A stretch of DNA of 64,000 bases from Myxococcota bacterium (GTDB lineage Bacteria; Myxococcota_A; SURF-8; G963663525), in assembly GCA_963676915.2 (NCBI GenBank), contig CAXXVK010000062.1, positions 32,001-96,000 on the forward strand, in the 5' to 3' direction. The notes beneath the pieces were generated by a model, which did not search any database, had not been told where the DNA came from, and was given only the letters and a program-made list of their open reading frames with translations. A program made the position numbers and the translations under genes. Below are positions 27,694 through 38,218 of this stretch, piece after piece. How positions within the stretch are numbered: the stretch's first letter is position 1; the number at the start of each line of letters is the position of its first letter.

Positions 27694-30600
27694 AACTGCT
27701 TGAACTGGTTTTGGAAGCTTTTGGACCCTTTACCGACGTTACGTTGGATTTCAGCGGTGGATCAGAAGGATTCCACTTGATTTACGGAAACAACGAGGCC
27801 GGAAAAAGCTCGGCGCTGGCGGCGTTGGAATCCCTGTTTTTCTCCATGGAAAAACCGGACCGCTTCACTTTCGTTCATTCCAAAAAGCAGCAATTGCGTA
27901 TCGGTGCCACGTTGCAACGTTCGGATGGAAGCTTATGGCAGGTCGTCCGTCGTCACGGCAAGAAAAACTCTTTACTCGATGCCGAAGGTCACCCGCTACC
28001 CCCGGAAAGTTTTATGGATTTTTTCGGTTCGATGGATCGCCACATGTTTCGTCGGCAACTCTGTCTCGATCATGAAACATTACGAGAAGGTGGCGAGCAA
28101 CTTCGTTTGCTGAAAGGGGAAACGGGGAAAGCCCTGCTTTCCGCAGCATTGAGCGGAAAAGGAATCCACGATATCCTCGCTGAGTTGGATGCTGAAGCCG
28201 ACCGACATTTCAGGCCCCGTGGTCAAAAACAGCTTGTCAATCAATCCGTTGCCGAATTCAAGAAAATCAAAACCGAGGAGAAAAAACGTCGGGTTTCGGC
28301 GCACCAATGGAAAAAACTCCACAAACAACTCGAACGACTGTCAAAACAGCGAGAAGACCTCGACCAGCGTCTTTCGGAGCGATCACGGGAAAAAGAACGG
28401 CTCGCGAGAATCGAACAGTCCATTCCCACGGTGGCACGTTGGCAACGAGCGAAAGAAAAACTTGCGGAACAGGGAACGCTACCCGCTCTTCCCGAAGAAT
28501 TCAGCCGGGAATTGCCGCTGTTGTTTCAAAAACGCTCGGTTACGACAGCCAATCTTAAACGCAGCGAAGACCGAATCGACGAGGTGCGTAAATCCATAGA
28601 ATCCATGGATATTCCACAGGAATACTTTGACGAGGAAACACGGATCGCCCACTTGTCCCGTCAGATCGGCGTGTATCTGAAAGCTTCGGACGACAGAGAA
28701 AAACTGCGAGCCAAAGCCGATATATTGAAGCAAGATATCGAACGGCGACACAACAAGCTGTTTCCCAATCTTTCAGAAAGTGAAACCGGAAGACTTTCTC
28801 TGACCTCCGTTCAAAGAAAACAGCTTCGTTCGCTGGGGCAGCGCATCGAGAACCTGTCCGAAAGAGAAAAACTGGCCAAGCAAAGTATTGAAAAGCTGGA
28901 AGCTAAAAACACGCGCTTGAAAGGCAAGCTCGCGGATATCGGGGAGATTCCGGAAACACGAGAGCTGGAAAATCTCCTGAAAGAAACTCGCAAGAAAGGG
29001 GACCTGGACGCCGAAATCGTAAAATTTTCGAGCGAGTTGGAACAAGAAACCAAACAGGTTCTACAAGAGGCCAGACGTTTGGGGATATCGACGGAAACTC
29101 TTGAAAACATTCTGGATTGTCCTGTGCCTTCCGGGGATCGGATAAAGCATTACAACGATGAGTACGACGAGCTTTCAGTGGCGATCAAGCAGAATCTCGA
29201 CGAAACAAGCAAACAACGCTCGACCCTGGAAAATCTTGAAAAAGAAATCGACGCTTTATGTCTGGAGCGTGAAGTACCCAGCGAATCGATGCTAGGAGAA
29301 CTTCGGCAAGAACGCGACATCGTTTGGGACAAGTTTATGGAATTGTTGAGGATTTCAACAAAATCCGATATCCCTGTGCAAGAGTTGCGCGATTGGTCGG
29401 AACGCTTCGAGCCATTGATGAGGCAAGCCGATGACCTAGCCGACCGACTGCGACGCGAAGCCGAGCGCGTCGCCCAGGTGGCCCGCTTGCAGGCGGAAAA
29501 GGCAATGACCGAGAAAGCTCTCCAACGCCTTGAAATTCAAAGGGAAACCTTAGAAGGACAGCGAGTCGATTTTTTTCAAAACTGGGAAAAACTGTGGGAA
29601 CCCAGCGGTATCGATCCTTCAACACCGCCCGATCGGGTGCTCTGGACTGCGCAATATCGGGAGTTGGTACGGGAAACGCAAGAAGCAACGAAAAAACAAC
29701 AACAATTGCAACAACTTCTGGAATCTCGCGCCCAGGCGATTGTTTCGTTGCAAACACATCTGGAAAAAATAGAGAAAACACCGAAAAACAACGACGAACG
29801 GCTGGAATTCTGGCTGTTGTCGGGTGATGCGGCGGTAAGTCGGAGTAAATCCCAACGTCAACAACAAGAACGCTTACAGGAAGATTTGGACACTTTACAG
29901 GAGGAATGGGACGACGCGACGAGACAACACGAAACCATTGATAAGGACTTGAAAAAACTGTGGAAAACGTGGCGGAAAGAGATGGCTTCTCTCGATCCTG
30001 AAGGAAAGATCGAGGTCGAGCAAGGGTTGTCGATGATCGGCGATCTCGAAGAACTCGAAACGCAAACCGAGAAACTCGACGACCTTAAACGCCGTATTCA
30101 CCATATCGAAGAGGACGAAAAAGACTTACAAGCCACCGTAACCGAAGTGTGTGGTTCGCTGGCACCCGAATTGTTGTCCGTTCCATTGGAACAAGCCGTG
30201 GACAGGCTTGCTGCGACGTTAAAAAGGGCAGGGGAGGATCGGGAACGCCTGGCAACCTTGCAAAAACGTGAACGGGAATTATTGGGAGATCGGGAGAAAG
30301 ACCACGAAGAACTCGTGCATGTTCAGGCGAAGATCGACAACTATTGCGACCTTGCGAATTGCGAAGAAGACCGCTTGCTGGAAATCGATGAAAAACTCCG
30401 TGCCTACAAGGAAGCTACAGAGTCGGTAGATCGCTGCGAAGAGCAATTACTGCGTTTTGGGTGGCAGACCCGCCTTGACGACGTTATCGAAGAGGTTCGT
30501 CAAAACGACCTGGATGCCTGTCGGGTTGCTATTTCTGAAATTTCCAATGATATTGAAGAGATGGAAAAAGAACGAAGCGAATTGCTCGTACAGATCGGAG

Positions 30601-31184
30601 ACGATGGACGCCGCCTGAAAATCATGGAAGAAGACTCGGGCGCTACGGACTGGAGCCTGGAAGGAGAAGCCGTTCTGGCTTCCGTGCGCCGCTATTCGGA
30701 AAACTACCTACGCTATAAATTAGCTCGCACGATCCTGGAAAGGGGTATCGAGCGTTTTCGAAAACAGAACCAGAGTCCGATATTGAAAAGGGCAGGGGGG
30801 TTATTTAAAACCTTTACCTGTGGTTCTTTCGAGGATGTGCGTTCCGAGTATTATTCCACCGATGAACCCGAGTTGATCGGCGTGCGAAACGGCGGGGAAA
30901 AAGTGTCTGTCGAAGGCATGAGCCAGGGAACGAGAGATCAACTTTACCTGGCACTGCGACTGGCTCACCTTGAAGATAATTTGGACGGACGAGAAGTCTT
31001 GCCATTGATTGTGGACGATATTATGATCAACTTCGACGACGAACGAGCTTCGGCAACGTTGAAGGAGTTGGGGCGCTTATCGGACCATACTCAAATTCTC
31101 TTTTTCACTCATCATCAACGATTGGTGGATATTGCAGAAAAATTCATCGATTCCGAACGATTGTTTTTATCAACTCTTAACTAA
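27690..31184 (+). CDS. YhaN-family (AAA_27) SMC/SbcC-like ATPase
   Basis: Walker A GNNEAGKSS, long coiled coil, signature MSQGTRDQLYLALRLA, Walker B LPLIVDDIMINFDDER, QILFFTHH. Confidence 0.9.
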   Translation: MKLLELVLEAFGPFTDVTLDFSGGSEGFHLIYGNNEAGKSSALAALESLFFSMEKPDRFTFVHSKKQQLRIGATLQRSDGSLWQVVRRHGKKNSLLDAEGHPLPPESFMDFFGSMDRHMFRRQLCLDHETLREGGEQLRLLKGETGKALLSAALSGKGIHDILAELDAEADRHFRPRGQKQLVNQSVAEFKKIKTEEKKRRVSAHQWKKLHKQLERLSKQREDLDQRLSERSREKERLARIEQSIPTVARWQRAKEKLAEQGTLPALPEEFSRELPLLFQKRSVTTANLKRSEDRIDEVRKSIESMDIPQEYFDEETRIAHLSRQIGVYLKASDDREKLRAKADILKQDIERRHNKLFPNLSESETGRLSLTSVQRKQLRSLGQRIENLSEREKLAKQSIEKLEAKNTRLKGKLADIGEIPETRELENLLKETRKKGDLDAEIVKFSSELEQETKQVLQEARRLGISTETLENILDCPVPSGDRIKHYNDEYDELSVAIKQNLDETSKQRSTLENLEKEIDALCLEREVPSESMLGELRQERDIVWDKFMELLRISTKSDIPVQELRDWSERFEPLMRQADDLADRLRREAERVAQVARLQAEKAMTEKALQRLEIQRETLEGQRVDFFQNWEKLWEPSGIDPSTPPDRVLWTAQYRELVRETQEATKKQQQLQQLLESRAQAIVSLQTHLEKIEKTPKNNDERLEFWLLSGDAAVSRSKSQRQQQERLQEDLDTLQEEWDDATRQHETIDKDLKKLWKTWRKEMASLDPEGKIEVEQGLSMIGDLEELETQTEKLDDLKRRIHHIEEDEKDLQATVTEVCGSLAPELLSVPLEQAVDRLAATLKRAGEDRERLATLQKRERELLGDREKDHEELVHVQAKIDNYCDLANCEEDRLLEIDEKLRAYKEATESVDRCEEQLLRFGWQTRLDDVIEEVRQNDLDACRVAISEISNDIEEMEKERSELLVQIGDDGRRLKIMEEDSGATDWSLEGEAVLASVRRYSENYLRYKLARTILERGIERFRKQNQSPILKRAGGLFKTFTCGSFEDVRSEYYSTDEPELIGVRNGGEKVSVEGMSQGTRDQLYLALRLAHLEDNLDGREVLPLIVDDIMINFDDERASATLKELGRLSDHTQILFFTHHQRLVDIAEKFIDSERLFLSTLN

Positions 31185-31260
31185 AATTTAGGGTTTTCTA
31201 CGTCTAAACGTGTAGAATCCTTGTGGGTTAATGTTGGGTTGGCTATCGGAGAAAATAGGC

Positions 31261-34200
31261 ATGTCGAAACCTTCTATTTTGAAAACCGTTTTTCTTCTCA
31301 TGTTTTGCCTGGTTTTTGTGGCATTTGGCTGCGATGACGGTCCTGGGGCAATTATTACTGGGGATACCGATCGCGATTCGAATATCCCCGTTGCAGATGA
31401 GGACGAAGACCGCATTGTCACGGAGCGAGACAACCAGTGGGAAGAAGATGACGACACGGATAGTGCCGATGAGGACATGGAAGATGACGTTCTCGAAGGT
31501 GAAGAAGATACCGTAGAAGTCGATGAGCAGGACAATCTCTCGAACTTCCGTTGCCTTCAGATGGACGACACCATCGATTTCGGTGCGGTTTATACCGAAA
31601 AGGAAATGACCGTTACACTTATTAGTGCTTGTGAAGAATCCGTTACTATCGGCAGTCTGCTGATTCGTACCGGTACAGGACTCAGCACGGATTTTGAAAT
31701 CGTTTCTCCCAAACCTTTCCCCGAAGAAGGAATCACCATCGAGCCGCAGTCTTTTCAGGATGTGATCCTGAAATACACCTCGCGTTCCTGTAAAGAAAAC
31801 CACGGCGTGTTACAAATTGATTCCAATGCCACCAATGTAGCCAACGGCGTATATCAAATCGATCTTTACAACAGTTTCAAAGGGGAAACCTCCGCCAGCA
31901 TGGTGGTTCAGGGGGAAACGGAACATCCTCTGATTATGGACTTCGGCGATGTGGCCGTGAGTGATTCCAACCCGAAAGTGATGTTCTTTGAACTCAGCGC
32001 CGAAGGGCTTTCTGCCGAATCGAACCGTCCATACGAAGTAGAGGACTTGCTGATTCTCAACGATTTCATTACCGCATCGTACAAGTTTTTGCCGACTTTC
32101 CCGGATCACGAGTGCGAACTTCCCATTTGTCTGGTACCCAAGGGAACACCGCGAACCTGCGCCATCAGTTTCGATCCTATCGCCCAAGGAGACATCGAAG
32201 ATACTCTGCGCATGTCGGGTTCGGACCATTACCCCACGGGTGAAGCGCTGGAAGACCTTGAAATTACGTTGAAAGGGAAGGGCGTAACACCTTGTCTCGA
32301 CGTGACTCCCTCTAATTATTCGCTGGGCGAAGTTTTTTCGAAGCCCGGCGTTCAGGTGGAGTTGCCGGTTACCATCGAAAACTGCGGTACCGTCAACGTG
32401 CATATGGTCGATTTCGGATTTCGTAATGAAAGTGCATCGTTCACGTATCTGGATGATGACGGAATCGAAGGCGGTTATCTGGTGCCCGGTCAGACGGCAG
32501 AAGTAAAAATCGTTTACATTCCGACCCAGGAAAATCTTCCCCAGGCTCAGACCGGCGCGTTCCGCATCGAGTTTTCTCCGATGATCGACGGTGTAAGCGT
32601 CAAGACCGTTTCCGTGTATGCCGTGGCCATCGACACTTGTCCTCCCGCTACAACCGAGGTTAATGGCGAGTGCGTGCCGTATTGTGAAAACGGCCAACCA
32701 TACTGCTGTCCGGGTGATGATCCTTTGTATGGCTACTACTGCATTTGCGGTACGGACAACACCTTGGGAGATCCGATCGCGTGCGACGAAGGTATGATAT
32801 GCGACGAGGGGCAGTGTGTTACCGGGTGCAATATCAGTACGAAACGCTGCAACCCGGAAGATCCTCTTGAAGCTCAGCGATGCGGGACCGAGCAAACCTG
32901 GGAGTCGCTGGAAATCTGCTCTACGAATTACGAACAGTGTTGGGAGCCTTACTGCGAATACGGCGATTGTTTCGAGCGAGCGCAAACGGGAACCTCCTGT
33001 TCGGACGGCGACCCTTGCACGGTCAACGATACCTGCAACAACGGTGTTTGCGAAGGCGAGCCGATGGATTGCGATGACGACGATATTTGTACTTCTGAGC
33101 AATGCCTTGCAGGGAATTGCGTATACGATCCCGCCAACAATGGCGCGACTTGCCGTAGTGACGATCCTTGCAACCAATGGGCTTGCGACCAGGGACAGTG
33201 CAAAATCGTAGGCGAGCCGACCATTTGCGACGATGGAGACCAGTGCACGGTAGGAACCTGCGACGCTGAAAACCCCGATGCGGATGAAAACGGCTGTATT
33301 TTCGAATTCCAAGACAATATGGAATGTGAAGACGGATTGTATTGTACCGTTGGAGAAACCTGCGATCCCGTATCGAAAGATTGTACGGGTGGTACTCAGA
33401 GAGATTGTTCCAACGACAACGTATGTACACGCGGAACCTGCGTAGAAAACCTCCAAGCGTGCCAGCAGATACCGATTTCCGGCATCTGTGACGATGGTGA
33501 TCCCTGCACGCTGGAAGACCGTTGCGACGATGGTCAATGTCGCCAGCGACCCGGTAGCGATCTCCGCGACTGCGACGATGGCAACCAGTGTACCAATGAC
33601 TCCTGTGACGCCTCTCATCCCGATTCGGACGAACTCGGCTGTGTGTATATCACATCCACCATGAACGGCCTGGATTGCAACGCCGACGATGACGATGTTT
33701 GCACGCCGAACGACTATTGCCAGGATGGCCAATGTATCGAAGATGATCCCATTCCCTGCAACGACGGCAACGACTGTACCGTGGATACCTGTGTCAGGGA
33801 TTCGGGTTGCGTATTCTCGGCACGACCGGCGGAACAAGATCAGTCTTGTGACGATGGCAACCCTTGCACGATCGAAGACGAATGCAGCAATAAAGTATGC
33901 CGAGGTGTCGCACGTACCTGTAACGACGACGATCCCTGTACGATGGATACCTGCAATCAAAACCGTTATTGCAGCAACGAAACCCCGGATTCAGAATGTG
34001 CGGCCTGTATTCATACGGAAACTCCGGGCGACCCTTGCGAGTATGACGATCCTTGTGTCGTTTCCGGTGTTTGCATTTCGAACAATGGCGTTTTGGAATG
34101 CCAGCCTGGTGCGGATGTGGTTTGCGAGAGCGACGATAATCCCTGTACCGATGAAATCTGTGTTCCGGTTGGCGACTCACGACGGCCCGAAGGCGGATGT

Positions 34201-36534
34201 GTGTCGATTCCCAATCCCAACAATGACTACGACGACGACAACGTTTGTACGGTCAATGATTATTGCGACGAAAACGGTGTAGGACATTCCGGTCCTGCAC
34301 GCGATTGCAGCGATGACGATCCCTGCACCGAAGATCTGTGCGGTATTGCGCAAAATGGTTGCTATCACAACCCGATGCCTTCCAACACCACCTGCGATGA
34401 TGGCTTGATTTGCACAACGAATGACACCTGTCAATCCGGTATTTGTGTGGGTGGACCTGCAAAGACCTGTGAGGATAACAACCCTTGCACACAAAATCTC
34501 TGCGACGAGGATGTTGTGGATGGATGTCATTTCGAACCTTTTGTCTGCGACCCGCACCATCCCGATTTTCCGGCAATTCCTGGATGTACGAGCTGTGTCA
34601 CCGATCTGGATTGTCAGAACAATGCATCAGCTTCCGGTAACATCTGCATTTCGGGACCGAATGGTGGAGCCAAAGCTTGCGTCTACTCTTGTAACGATGG
34701 CAGCGCCTGTACCGAAGACGATTATTGTGCTGAAAGTTCCTGTCAGGATGGTACTGAAATCGATTGCGACGATGGCAGACAATGCAGTGTCGACGGTTGC
34801 AATCCCAGCACCGGATGCACCCATGATTGGCCGAATGATCTGGAGTGCGACGACGGAAACGAGTGCACATACGACGACAAATGCACGAACGGCACTTGCG
34901 GTGGCACCGATGTCGATTGCTCCGATACAAACACCTGTACGCAGAACGAACAATGCAATACGTCTACGGGAGAATGCGAATTCACCATTCCCGTTGGAAT
35001 GTTCTGTGACGATGGGAATCCTTGCACACAAAGCGATAAGTGCAAAAATGTAGGTGGGGAAGGGGTATGCGAAGGCGCGGTTTCCAGTGTGGATGATGGA
35101 AATATCTGTACCCATGACTATTGCGATTCAAACGATTTAAACGATCCGATCAAGCACGACAATTTCCCGTGCCATCCCGACGATACTACACCGGTAAGCT
35201 CTTGTCTTTGCAACACTTCTGCCGATTGCATGACGAATCTTCCGCAGTTCTGTCCCGATGGAACCTGCCGGTGCGATACGGATTTCGGTATTTGTCTGAT
35301 TGACTGCTCGCCCGACCTTTATAACTGTACGTTGGATGTCTGTTCTCAGGATGATACTCCTGTTTGTGAACATCCGATCAAAGAGAATACCTGCCTGATC
35401 GGCACGGTATGTTACGATGACGAGGAGCAAAAGCCTTCTAACGAATGCCAAAAATGCGATCCGACGAGTACATACTATCAAACCCACTGGAAACCGCGAA
35501 CGGGTACGACGTGCACAGACGACGGAAATGGATGTACCGGAGATGTTTGCGACAGCAGCGGCGACTGCACTCATCCTGCTTATGAAGACTACACGGTAAC
35601 GTGTGATGATGGTCGTCCTTGTACGGGTTCGCCGGACGATGGAAAAAGCGACTGGTGTGTTGGCGGTAACTGTCAGGCAGGCGATGACAAATTCTGTGAG
35701 GATTTCGATCCGTGTACCGAAAATCAGTGTGTCAATGAGATGGGCGGTTGCTACTTCCCGGAACTCGACTGTTCAGGTCAGTGCTATACCGGTAGTTGCG
35801 GCAGTACCTGGGATGGCTGTGAGCCTCGATCCAACGGAACAACCTGCGATGACGGCAATTCCAGCAACTATGATGACCAATGCGTCGATGGAGAATGCGT
35901 AGGATATTCCACATTCCACGATCCCGGTCCGTGTCCTGGTTACCCGGAGATGGTCAAGGTTGTCGGCACCAAAACTTGCATCGATAAATACGAATCCGTT
36001 GCTTACAAACGTTCGGATTGTACAGGCGATATCCTTGGACAAGGCGAAAGCCGTGTCGATGGTGGCTCGGACTGGTTCTTTACACCGGCTGCGTATGCTT
36101 GCCAGTCTCCAGGAGAAAAGCCGTCCGGATGTGGGAAAAAGCACGAAGCGGAGGATGCCTGTAACAATATCGGAAAACGTCTATGCACTCGAACGGAGTG
36201 GACAACGGCTTGCAAAGCTTCAACTAGCAATTCTTACCCATATGGGAATGTATTCAACACGAGCAAATGCAACGAAAGTGTCGATGATTCGTCTTCGGCA
36301 AAAATTACTGGATACCAGAAGACCGATTGCGTGAACGACTGGGGTGTGATGCATATGTCCGGGAACGTCGAGGAATGGACCAGCACCAGGCTTAGTGGCG
36401 AAAGCATGTACTACATCATGGGAGGGCGTTACAACGACACCAGCAGCACAAGTCTACAATGCGACAGCTACCGTGTGGCGGAAAACGACGATTACCAGGT
36501 CTACCGAGGATTCCGTTGTTGTGTGCAACCTTGA
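31261..36534 (+). CDS. 1757-aa Cys-rich surface lipoprotein: Ig-like (ASH/choice-of-anchor-D-like) domains, many CDDGNPCT-type repeats, C-terminal FGE/C-type-lectin-fold domain
   Basis: Lipobox AFG|C, acidic tether; IDFGAV/MDFGDV Ig-like starts; many CDDG(N/D)PCT.D repeats; CIDKYE, GKRLCTRTEW, YPYG, WGVMHMSGNVEEW, GFRCC. Confidence 0.85.
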   Translation: MSKPSILKTVFLLMFCLVFVAFGCDDGPGAIITGDTDRDSNIPVADEDEDRIVTERDNQWEEDDDTDSADEDMEDDVLEGEEDTVEVDEQDNLSNFRCLQMDDTIDFGAVYTEKEMTVTLISACEESVTIGSLLIRTGTGLSTDFEIVSPKPFPEEGITIEPQSFQDVILKYTSRSCKENHGVLQIDSNATNVANGVYQIDLYNSFKGETSASMVVQGETEHPLIMDFGDVAVSDSNPKVMFFELSAEGLSAESNRPYEVEDLLILNDFITASYKFLPTFPDHECELPICLVPKGTPRTCAISFDPIAQGDIEDTLRMSGSDHYPTGEALEDLEITLKGKGVTPCLDVTPSNYSLGEVFSKPGVQVELPVTIENCGTVNVHMVDFGFRNESASFTYLDDDGIEGGYLVPGQTAEVKIVYIPTQENLPQAQTGAFRIEFSPMIDGVSVKTVSVYAVAIDTCPPATTEVNGECVPYCENGQPYCCPGDDPLYGYYCICGTDNTLGDPIACDEGMICDEGQCVTGCNISTKRCNPEDPLEAQRCGTEQTWESLEICSTNYEQCWEPYCEYGDCFERAQTGTSCSDGDPCTVNDTCNNGVCEGEPMDCDDDDICTSEQCLAGNCVYDPANNGATCRSDDPCNQWACDQGQCKIVGEPTICDDGDQCTVGTCDAENPDADENGCIFEFQDNMECEDGLYCTVGETCDPVSKDCTGGTQRDCSNDNVCTRGTCVENLQACQQIPISGICDDGDPCTLEDRCDDGQCRQRPGSDLRDCDDGNQCTNDSCDASHPDSDELGCVYITSTMNGLDCNADDDDVCTPNDYCQDGQCIEDDPIPCNDGNDCTVDTCVRDSGCVFSARPAEQDQSCDDGNPCTIEDECSNKVCRGVARTCNDDDPCTMDTCNQNRYCSNETPDSECAACIHTETPGDPCEYDDPCVVSGVCISNNGVLECQPGADVVCESDDNPCTDEICVPVGDSRRPEGGCVSIPNPNNDYDDDNVCTVNDYCDENGVGHSGPARDCSDDDPCTEDLCGIAQNGCYHNPMPSNTTCDDGLICTTNDTCQSGICVGGPAKTCEDNNPCTQNLCDEDVVDGCHFEPFVCDPHHPDFPAIPGCTSCVTDLDCQNNASASGNICISGPNGGAKACVYSCNDGSACTEDDYCAESSCQDGTEIDCDDGRQCSVDGCNPSTGCTHDWPNDLECDDGNECTYDDKCTNGTCGGTDVDCSDTNTCTQNEQCNTSTGECEFTIPVGMFCDDGNPCTQSDKCKNVGGEGVCEGAVSSVDDGNICTHDYCDSNDLNDPIKHDNFPCHPDDTTPVSSCLCNTSADCMTNLPQFCPDGTCRCDTDFGICLIDCSPDLYNCTLDVCSQDDTPVCEHPIKENTCLIGTVCYDDEEQKPSNECQKCDPTSTYYQTHWKPRTGTTCTDDGNGCTGDVCDSSGDCTHPAYEDYTVTCDDGRPCTGSPDDGKSDWCVGGNCQAGDDKFCEDFDPCTENQCVNEMGGCYFPELDCSGQCYTGSCGSTWDGCEPRSNGTTCDDGNSSNYDDQCVDGECVGYSTFHDPGPCPGYPEMVKVVGTKTCIDKYESVAYKRSDCTGDILGQGESRVDGGSDWFFTPAAYACQSPGEKPSGCGKKHEAEDACNNIGKRLCTRTEWTTACKASTSNSYPYGNVFNTSKCNESVDDSSSAKITGYQKTDCVNDWGVMHMSGNVEEWTSTRLSGESMYYIMGGRYNDTSSTSLQCDSYRVAENDDYQVYRGFRCCVQP

Positions 36535-36661
36535 CAGGTACTGGAATGAAAAGTAGAAAGTGCCTGAAAATACAGAAGAAAAGAGAAACTGCAAGTGGTA
36601 GAGAAGAATAGTTAAAGTTTCCGATAAGCAATATTATGTAAAGTAAGAAGTATTTATCTAC

Positions 36662-36694
36662 AACGCCCAGTTCTTTGGGCGTTTTTTTATTTTT
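36662..36694 (+). terminator. Rho-independent terminator
   Basis: AACGCCCA-GTTCTT-TGGGCGTT followed by a T-rich tract, downstream of the 31261-36534 gene. Confidence 0.75.
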
Positions 36695-36700
36695 GAAAAA

Positions 36701-36976
36701 TCAGTTTTCCGGTTCGAGCATTACCAGGTCTTCGGCGACGAGGATGTCGCTGACCTGCTTCGATTCCAGGTTGATACGTTCGAGTGCTTTTCGCAACTCT
36801 TCGCATTTGTCGTTATCGCCCTGCCTGCAATCGGTGATAAACGTAGTGGCCAAGGTGGTTTCGTTCATGATTTTCCGATTGCAATCGAGAAATTTCGAAC
36901 GATACTTGTTGCAACATCCGATCAGACTAAACGACACGAGCGTTATGGTGAAAATCAATGTGGCGCGCTTCCACAT
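36701..36976 (-). CDS. Small helical lipoprotein (91 aa), unknown function
   Basis: SD AGGAGGG before ATG 36976; lipobox LIG|C; extra Cys residues; amphipathic helical pattern. Confidence 0.7.
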   Translation of the reverse strand: MWKRATLIFTITLVSFSLIGCCNKYRSKFLDCNRKIMNETTLATTFITDCRQGDNDKCEELRKALERINLESKQVSDILVAEDLVMLEPEN

Positions 36977-37117
36977 ATTTTCCCTCCTGAGAACTTCATT
37001 TTTCAATAATTGGAACCTTGCGTTCTTCTCTTTTACACGATTTAACCAAAAGCGCAAGTTTCGACCAAAGCAATTCCAGCGTTGCGTTGAAAGAAAATCG
37101 CATGATCCAATGAATTA

Positions 37118-38218
37118 TCATCGATTTTTCAGCTTATAAAAAAGCTTCTCGTAGTGGTCTGCAATGGTTTCCCAACGATAGATTTTCTCGATTCGTTTGT
37201 GGGCTTTCTCAGAAAATCCCCATCGTTGGTCTGGATTTTTTTCCAATTTCAATAAAATTTCCGAAAGATTTCCGACATGATTTCTTCGGTAATATTGAAT
37301 TGAATTACCGCCAACCTCTCTGTGCTCCTCGACATCGTTGGCAACGACCATCGGTGCCCAGGCCATACCTTCCAACAAGGCCGGATGCGTACCGCCAACT
37401 TCTCCAGCTTGAATGTAAGCGAAGCAATTCGATTTTAACAAATGATAGTTTTCGCCGTAAATACTACCTAAAAACAATACGTTATCAGTACTTCTCTTTT
37501 TAAGCTTGTCTATATAAGCACTTGCATAAGGAGCGTCGCCAACAACAACCAACGGACGTTTGCATCCTGAATTTCTGTGGGCTTGAAGAACAACGTGGGC
37601 CATGTTTTCCGGCTCAAGTCGTGCCGTGTAAAGAAAATATCCATCCCGAGATAAGCCGTATTTCTCCAACAGATTCGACTCATTCAGCAGAGGCGAAAGC
37701 GGCTCGACACCGTAGGCGATGATCTCGGTCTTTTTTCCGTAGGTTTCCAAGTAATAGCGATGAATGACCTCCGCATCACTGACCACGGCATCCGCCACGC
37801 TCATCGTGAGTTTTTCGCAGTTTTTCAGGTAGAATCGAGCGATTTTTCCCCACTTCAGTCGCTCGCGCTCGATACCATCCACGTTCAATACTACTTTAAC
37901 GCCCTTCCGTTTCAGCCAAAGAAGCAACGGAGCGTTGGCGATATTGCAGACAAGAGCCACATCGAAAGGTTTGTTTGCGGCATCTCGAACGGCAAGAAAA
38001 CTGCTGCTGACCGTCTCGCCATGCTTGAAACGTAGCGAATCGGTCAGGATACTATGAACACCCTCGGGTAAATCTTCATCTCCGACCGTATGTTTTCGTC
38101 CATAGACCGTAACCTTATGTCCTCGTTTGGCAAGATGCTGTGACAAATGCCAGGCAAACGTTTCAAATCCACCGTAACGAGGTGGAATTCCACGGGTTCC
38201 GATAATCGCTAGTTTCAC
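37118..38218 (-). CDS. Glycosyltransferase family 4 (DUF1972-type N-terminus)
   Basis: IIGTRGIPPRYGGFETFA, NVDGIE.ER.KW, ARLEPEN, EVGGTHPALLEGM. Confidence 0.9.
   Translation of the reverse strand: MKLAIIGTRGIPPRYGGFETFAWHLSQHLAKRGHKVTVYGRKHTVGDEDLPEGVHSILTDSLRFKHGETVSSSFLAVRDAANKPFDVALVCNIANAPLLLWLKRKGVKVVLNVDGIERERLKWGKIARFYLKNCEKLTMSVADAVVSDAEVIHRYYLETYGKKTEIIAYGVEPLSPLLNESNLLEKYGLSRDGYFLYTARLEPENMAHVVLQAHRNSGCKRPLVVVGDAPYASAYIDKLKKRSTDNVLFLGSIYGENYHLLKSNCFAYIQAGEVGGTHPALLEGMAWAPMVVANDVEEHREVGGNSIQYYRRNHVGNLSEILLKLEKNPDQRWGFSEKAHKRIEKIYRWETIADHYEKLFYKLKNR

Noticed and set aside
26427-31184. Anti-phage SMC/nuclease system (Wadjet/Lamassu-like)
   Set aside because: Motifs and two-gene layout match the widespread YhaO-YhaN pair; no additional defence subunits are adjacent.
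31810-33960. 716-aa antisense ORF
   Set aside because: Lies wholly opposite the Cys/Asp-rich gene; biased codons explain the lack of stops, and it has no recognisable motifs.
36535-36660. Purine/AT-rich intergenic stretch as a possible sRNA or foreign insert
   Set aside because: No structure or repeat is evident beyond the downstream terminator; consistent with a 3' UTR.
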